From an uncultured Bacteroidales bacterium (lineage in GTDB: Bacteria; Bacteroidota; Bacteroidia; Bacteroidales; B18-G4), in assembly GCA_963753835.1 (NCBI GenBank), contig CAVWDP010000002.1, positions 611,578 through 675,577 on the forward strand: a stretch of DNA of 64,000 nucleotides, given 5' to 3'. The translations under genes and the position numbers were made by a program. Below, one piece after another: positions 58,812 to 64,000 of this stretch. Below the pieces are notes generated by a model. It did not search any database. It had not been told where the DNA came from and was given only the letters and a program-made list of their open reading frames with translations. Each line of letters starts with the position of its first letter. Position 1 is the stretch's first letter.

Positions 58812-61800
58812 ATGCTTACGCGAAGTAATGTTTTTTTACTGTTAGCTTTTATCCTGATTCCAATACTCTCATTGGGAGATGTTGGTCCACTGGAAAAAAA
58901 ACTTGATTGGAACCCTGTTAAAAAGATTCGAATAGCTGAAAACAAGTTTGTGTCTGAATTATACTTTACAGGGGCAACTTATGACAGCGAAACAGGAAAC
59001 CTTCCGGTATACAGTGAGCGCTATTCTATAGGCAACCCTAACACCCTGGTGGAGGCTACAATAACCGACCAGGTTTGGGAGAATATTGATGATGCAGCCA
59101 TGAGAAGCATCACAGGCTATGAAAAGATTTCATCATCATTGGACATTAACACATTTGTTGCCACAGAGCGCAAGCAGTCATTTGCTGTTGTTTCTTTTGT
59201 GCCATTGCGTAAAGATCCCTTAAGCGGTAATTTTCAGAAACTTATTTCCTTCACCCTGCGACTCAGATATGTGGATCAGGGACTTGGGCAACGCTCTTCA
59301 GGACAGACATATAAGCAAAACTCAGTTTTGGCATCTGGAAACTGGTATAAAGTAGCTGTTCAGTTTACTGGTGTTCATATGATCACTTATGATGAGCTTT
59401 CTTCAATGGGATTAAATCCTTCTGGTATTGACCCACGGAATCTTCGGGTTTATGGTAACGGTGGTGGTATGCTTCCCGAACCATGCGATGCTCCCAGGAT
59501 TGATGACCTGATGGAAAATGCCATTTTTGTTGCTGGTGAAAATGACGGGACCTTCAATCAGGGAGATTATATCCTCTTTTACGGGGAGTCGCCAAACACC
59601 TGGACGTGGGACGATGAATCGAGTCAATTTATACATGAGGTAAATCTTTATTCTAACTTCAATTACTATTTTATCACTACTGACCTTGGTGCAGGAAAGC
59701 GAATTCAGAGTATTTCTTCCACCACCCAGGCCTTCACCCATCAAGTGAATAAATTTACCGACAGGAAATTCATTGAAAAGGACGATCTTAATATTGTGAG
59801 GACGGGGCGTGACTGGTTCGAATATCCGCCTTATGAGGTTCAAACTACAGCTGAATATCCTTTTAGCTTTCCCGACATTGACCTTAGTGTGCCTGTGAAA
59901 TTAAGGAGCAGGGTAGCTGCCAGGTCGAGCACACAGAGCAACTTCAAGTATTATAGCAATGGTAATCAGCTGATCGAAACTCTGCCAATACAATCTGTAT
60001 CATTTTCCTCGGATCAATTTGCGCGTACAGCCTCATTGGAAACCGAATTTAATGCAAACACCTCCAACATAGTGCTTACGGTCAAGTATAGTAAGCCCTT
60101 ATCAGGATCAGTAGGGTGGATGGACTACCTGGCTTTGAATGCAAGGCGAAGCCTGAATTTCACTGGAGGAGAACTGGCATTCAGAGACCCCTTGTCGGTA
60201 GGCATAGGCAATATTGCCGAGTACAGCATAAGTGGCGTTTCTCAATCAGTTACAATATGGGATATCAGCGATCGCTTCAATGTGAAGAAAGTGAATGCCA
60301 GCCTTGCCGGATCAACGATGACTTTCCGTTTACCTGCCGACAGCCTGAGTGAATATATTTCTTTTGATGGCAGCAGCTATTTCAGTGTTTCTTTTATTGA
60401 GAAAGTAGCAAATCAAAACCTGCACTCCATTAGCATCCCTGACATGGTGATCATTGCCCATCCAGCTTTTATGAGCGATGCTACTCGCCTGGCAAATCAT
60501 CATATCGAACATGATGGTTTGAGTGTTTTTCTTACCGAAACAGGCAAGGTTTACAATGAATTTTCGTCTGGTGCCCAGGACATTACTGCCATCAGAAACT
60601 TTATGAAAATGATGTATGATCAGGCACTTGCTGGTAGTGAATGCCGCTATCTTCTGTTGTTTGGCGATGCCTCATATGATTATAAGGACAGGATAGAGGA
60701 TAATTCGAATTTTGTACCAACCTGGGAAGATTCCAGGTCGATGAATATCATCAGTTCTATTGCTACTGACGACTATTATGGATTCCTAGATGATGATGAG
60801 GGTGCAGGGGGGAACAGCGACTTGCTGGATTTGGGGATTGGCCGCCTTGTGATATCTACCCAGGAGTCATCAAAACAGATCGTAGATAAGATCATTCATT
60901 TTGTAAAGGGAGAACCTGAGGTGTTTGGAAGCTGGCGCAATGTAGTATGCTTCGTGGCCGATGACGAAGATGGCAACCTTCATATGAGCCAGGCTGAAAA
61001 AATGGCTGTCAGATTAGATACCACTTATGGATACCTGAATGTAGATAAGATCTATGTGGATGCATATGCACAGGTCAGCACATCCGGCGGACAAAGAGCA
61101 CCTGAAGTTAATGAAGCAATCAATCGCAGGATTGAAAAGGGTACCATGGTCATGAACTATACCGGCCATGGCGGAGAAGCCGGATGGGGCCATGAACGAT
61201 TCCTTGAAATTTCAGATATTAATATCTGGACAAACTATGACAAGTTGCCGATCTTTATCACAGCCACATGTGAATTCAGCCGGTATGATGACCCAACCAG
61301 GGCTTCGGCCGGGGAATATGTGCTATTGAATCCTGATGGTGGGGCAGTATCACTTTTTACAACTGCCAGGGCCACCTACGGCTCTCCCAATTTTGAATTG
61401 AATGATGCCATGTACGATCTGATGTTTGAACAGGTAGATGGTAAATATCCACGTTTTGGGGACCTGATCCGATATGCAAAGAACAAAAATGGTGGGATAA
61501 GTGATAATGACAGGAAATTTATTCTCCTTGGAGATCCTGCATTACAATTGCCATATCCCGAACATACCATACATACGATAAAAATTAACGATGTTGTAAT
61601 TGCTAATCAGCAAGATACGCTCAAGGCACTTCAAAAAGTCACCATCCAGGGATCGATACATGGAGCCAATGGCCAAATTCTGCAATCATATAATGGCACC
61701 TTGCGTCCCACCGTTTATGATAAACCTTCAAAGGTAGAAACCCTGGTAACAGATCCAGAAAGCAATCCATTCTCATTCGAATTACTGGTAGCCATACTTT

Positions 61801-62642
61801 ATAATGGAAAGGCAAGCATTACAAATGGTGAGTTTACATTTTCTTTTATAGTCCCCAAGGATATAGCCTACAATTATGGCTATGGAAAGATCAGCTATTA
61901 TGCCAATAATGATCAGGAAGATGGCACCGGCTATTACAAGAAAGTAGTTATTGGTGGATATGATGAGAACGTTCCACCGGATAACCATGGCCCGGAAATT
62001 GAGTTGTACATGAATGATGAAAATTTCGCTTTTGGTGGAATCACAGATGAAAATCCAGTATTGCTTGCCTATGTCAACGACTCAAGCGGGATCAATACCG
62101 TGGGTACGGGCATAGGACATGATATTGTGACCACCCTGGATAATAATAGTAATAAAACTGTGATTATCAATGATTACTACGAATCCGACATCGATAGCTA
62201 TACCAGTGGTGTGATCAGATACCCGGTGTCAACCTTAAGTGAAGGAAACCATTCACTCAAACTGAAAGTGTGGGATGTACATAATAATTCATCCGAATCA
62301 TATACCGAGTTTGTTGTGGCAAGCTCAGCCGAACTTGCTATCGATCATGTATTAAATTATCCGAATCCGTTTACGACAAGTACAGCTTTCTATTTTGATC
62401 ATAATCAGCCTAATGCGATGCTGGAAGTGCAGGTTCAGATATATACAGTTTCGGGGCGATTGATCAAAACCATCGATCAGTTTGTTATAACCAGTGGATA
62501 TCGTTCTGAGCCTATTTACTGGGATGGGCTTGACGATTTTGGAGATCGAATAGGCCGTGGGGTCTATATATATAAACTTAGGGTCCGTAGCCAGGATGGA
62601 ACTTTTGCGGAAAAGCTTGAGAAACTGGTGATCCTTCGTTAA
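58812..62642 (+). CDS. porU: T9SS C-terminal signal peptidase/sortase PorU (peptidase C25 family)
   Basis: 1276 aa. NSVLASGNWYKV...YGNGG N-terminal region. Gingipain-like core (YLLLFGDASYDYK, NYTGHGGE, FITATCEF). CTD-like end (LNYPNPFT...GVYIYKLRV). Confidence 0.85.
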   Translation: MLTRSNVFLLLAFILIPILSLGDVGPLEKKLDWNPVKKIRIAENKFVSELYFTGATYDSETGNLPVYSERYSIGNPNTLVEATITDQVWENIDDAAMRSITGYEKISSSLDINTFVATERKQSFAVVSFVPLRKDPLSGNFQKLISFTLRLRYVDQGLGQRSSGQTYKQNSVLASGNWYKVAVQFTGVHMITYDELSSMGLNPSGIDPRNLRVYGNGGGMLPEPCDAPRIDDLMENAIFVAGENDGTFNQGDYILFYGESPNTWTWDDESSQFIHEVNLYSNFNYYFITTDLGAGKRIQSISSTTQAFTHQVNKFTDRKFIEKDDLNIVRTGRDWFEYPPYEVQTTAEYPFSFPDIDLSVPVKLRSRVAARSSTQSNFKYYSNGNQLIETLPIQSVSFSSDQFARTASLETEFNANTSNIVLTVKYSKPLSGSVGWMDYLALNARRSLNFTGGELAFRDPLSVGIGNIAEYSISGVSQSVTIWDISDRFNVKKVNASLAGSTMTFRLPADSLSEYISFDGSSYFSVSFIEKVANQNLHSISIPDMVIIAHPAFMSDATRLANHHIEHDGLSVFLTETGKVYNEFSSGAQDITAIRNFMKMMYDQALAGSECRYLLLFGDASYDYKDRIEDNSNFVPTWEDSRSMNIISSIATDDYYGFLDDDEGAGGNSDLLDLGIGRLVISTQESSKQIVDKIIHFVKGEPEVFGSWRNVVCFVADDEDGNLHMSQAEKMAVRLDTTYGYLNVDKIYVDAYAQVSTSGGQRAPEVNEAINRRIEKGTMVMNYTGHGGEAGWGHERFLEISDINIWTNYDKLPIFITATCEFSRYDDPTRASAGEYVLLNPDGGAVSLFTTARATYGSPNFELNDAMYDLMFEQVDGKYPRFGDLIRYAKNKNGGISDNDRKFILLGDPALQLPYPEHTIHTIKINDVVIANQQDTLKALQKVTIQGSIHGANGQILQSYNGTLRPTVYDKPSKVETLVTDPESNPFSFELLVAILYNGKASITNGEFTFSFIVPKDIAYNYGYGKISYYANNDQEDGTGYYKKVVIGGYDENVPPDNHGPEIELYMNDENFAFGGITDENPVLLAYVNDSSGINTVGTGIGHDIVTTLDNNSNKTVIINDYYESDIDSYTSGVIRYPVSTLSEGNHSLKLKVWDVHNNSSESYTEFVVASSAELAIDHVLNYPNPFTTSTAFYFDHNQPNAMLEVQVQIYTVSGRLIKTIDQFVITSGYRSEPIYWDGLDDFGDRIGRGVYIYKLRVRSQDGTFAEKLEKLVILR

Positions 62643-62729
62643 GAATTTTTAAGAAATATTAAAAGACCAAGGCAGGCAACCTATTGATTTCAGATCTTGT
62701 CTTGAATATGTTGAAATTACGGTGCTAAT

Positions 62730-64000
62730 ATGAAACCTTATATATTACTCCTGATCCTTATTTTCACGATTACAGCTGCCCGGTCGCAGGATAAAGACCC
62801 AGGCCTGTCTTTCACTGATTATAAGGTTGAGAGCAGGTATTTGAACGATGACATCAGCATGCAGGTGCTCGACTTTAAGGAGGCACTGTTGGATGATGCT
62901 TTTGGTTTGTTGCCTGTCCGCATATATCGTTTCCGTCTTCAGTCGAAGGATGTAGCCTTATCAGCTGTTATCGTCGAGGAGCATGTTAGTTTGCTGGAAC
63001 ATCCTGAAATGCAGCAAACTGCAGATGTTCATTTGATTGGAAAAGAATTTACTCTGCGAACCAGCATTATCTACCAGGAAGGAAATCCCTATGCAGAAGT
63101 GCTGGTACTTCCATTCAGAAATGCCACTCATCAGCAGGTAACAGTCCTTGATTCATGCAAAATTCATATTAATGTATTAGCTACAGAGCCTGCTAAGGCA
63201 ACTGAAAAAGGATTTGTTGATAACTCTGTGCTGGCCAATGGTTCCTGGTATCGCCTGGCAACAAATGAAACCGCTATTTATAGAATCACTTATAATGACT
63301 TGATGGATATGGGCATAGAGCCTTCAGGGCTCGACCCGACAAAGATCAGGGTTTTTGGAAATGGAAATGGCATCGTGCCAGAGAAGAATGATGATGTCAG
63401 GTATGACGACCTGATTGAAAATTCCATATATGTGCGTGGAGAGGGTGATGGGATATTTAATGAAGATGACTATATCCTTTTTTACGGACAGTCATCAATT
63501 TTCTGGCAATTTGTACCCTTTAGCGGATATAGGATCTTCGAACATAAAATCAATCCATATACTGACTACTCTTATTATTTCCTGAATGTGAACGATGTAG
63601 CGGGTAAAAGGATTCCGGTTTCTAATAATCAGGGACTTACTCCAAGCATATATGTAAGTGAATTCACTGATTTTGCCGTTCATGAGAATGATACCGTTAA
63701 TATATTGAAAACTGGCCGTGAATGGTATGGAGAACGCTATGGAGAGCAGACCACTTATGAGTATTCATTTAGTTTCCCCAATATTGTAGAGGATTACGAG
63801 GTCAGTCTCCAAACAAATATCATTGCTCATTCCACCCAGGAAAGTCATTTTAATTTTTATTATGGCGAACAGCACCTGCTGGAAGCCCGACTGAATAAGA
63901 TCCAGGTTGGTTCTGTTATCTATGCAGTGGCTCTTACTCCGGATACAGTGGGGTTTTATCCTGTTCAGGGAGACGATATAACTATTCGTGTCGATTATGA
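62730..64000 (+). CDS. Second PorU-like (C25-family N-terminal region) protein, 3' end outside the window
   Basis: Open from ATG 62730 to the window end. It is not in the ORF track because no stop is reached. MKPYILLLILIFTITAARSQ signal. NSVLANGSWYRL...VFGNGNGIVPE...DYILFYGQS...YYFLNVNDVAGKRI is collinear with PorU residues of about 170-300. Confidence 0.75.
   Translation, partial: MKPYILLLILIFTITAARSQDKDPGLSFTDYKVESRYLNDDISMQVLDFKEALLDDAFGLLPVRIYRFRLQSKDVALSAVIVEEHVSLLEHPEMQQTADVHLIGKEFTLRTSIIYQEGNPYAEVLVLPFRNATHQQVTVLDSCKIHINVLATEPAKATEKGFVDNSVLANGSWYRLATNETAIYRITYNDLMDMGIEPSGLDPTKIRVFGNGNGIVPEKNDDVRYDDLIENSIYVRGEGDGIFNEDDYILFYGQSSIFWQFVPFSGYRIFEHKINPYTDYSYYFLNVNDVAGKRIPVSNNQGLTPSIYVSEFTDFAVHENDTVNILKTGREWYGERYGEQTTYEYSFSFPNIVEDYEVSLQTNIIAHSTQESHFNFYYGEQHLLEARLNKIQVGSVIYAVALTPDTVGFYPVQGDDITIRVDY

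Overview
The window looks like a Bacteroidota chromosomal segment with about 55 genes. The phylum call rests on type IX secretion (T9SS) genes: gldJ, a PorP/SprF-family gene, two tandem porU-like C25 genes, a PorV/PorQ-family gene and many Por-secretion C-terminal domains (CTDs). It also rests on TAnnTTTG -7 promoter boxes and a lipoprotein-rich envelope gene set.

Housekeeping genes, all with intact frames: hslR-der-era, initiator tRNA-fMet, an sdaA-like gene, a two-gene 2-oxoacid:ferredoxin oxidoreductase, gcdH, deoC, recQ, kdsD, lptB, folC, exbB-exbD-tonB, anmK and murF.

Accessory highlights:
1. A metal-related locus at 39.3-48.4 kb. A ModE N-domain-only regulator, a stand-alone TiaS-kinase-like protein, a membrane protein, a lipoprotein and a TonB-dependent receptor form one minus-strand gene string. 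Next to it lie a Ni-superoxide dismutase with a Sec-type leader, a 718-aa aldehyde:ferredoxin oxidoreductase (AOR)-family enzyme and an orphan thiF/thiS-like pair. Two nearly identical ModE-box-like dyads sit in the two divergent promoter regions.
2. A 1726-aa T9SS cargo protein made of seven 230-aa tandem units. Two of the units are almost identical at DNA level.
3. A Y1/HUH (RAYT-like) transposase gene preceded by seven consecutive AACC...GGTT hairpins.
4. Direct repeats of about 0.5 kb that start inside the 3' end of tRNA-fMet and bracket a 3-kb T9SS-cargo cassette.
5. Several dispersed intergenic repeat families, including a 143-bp nested palindrome.
6. At least nine genes interrupted by frameshifts. 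All nine encode exported or membrane proteins, whereas none of the roughly 22 cytoplasmic genes is affected.

No rRNA, CRISPR array, integrase or prophage was seen. All functional calls come from reading motifs in the supplied translations. No database search was run.
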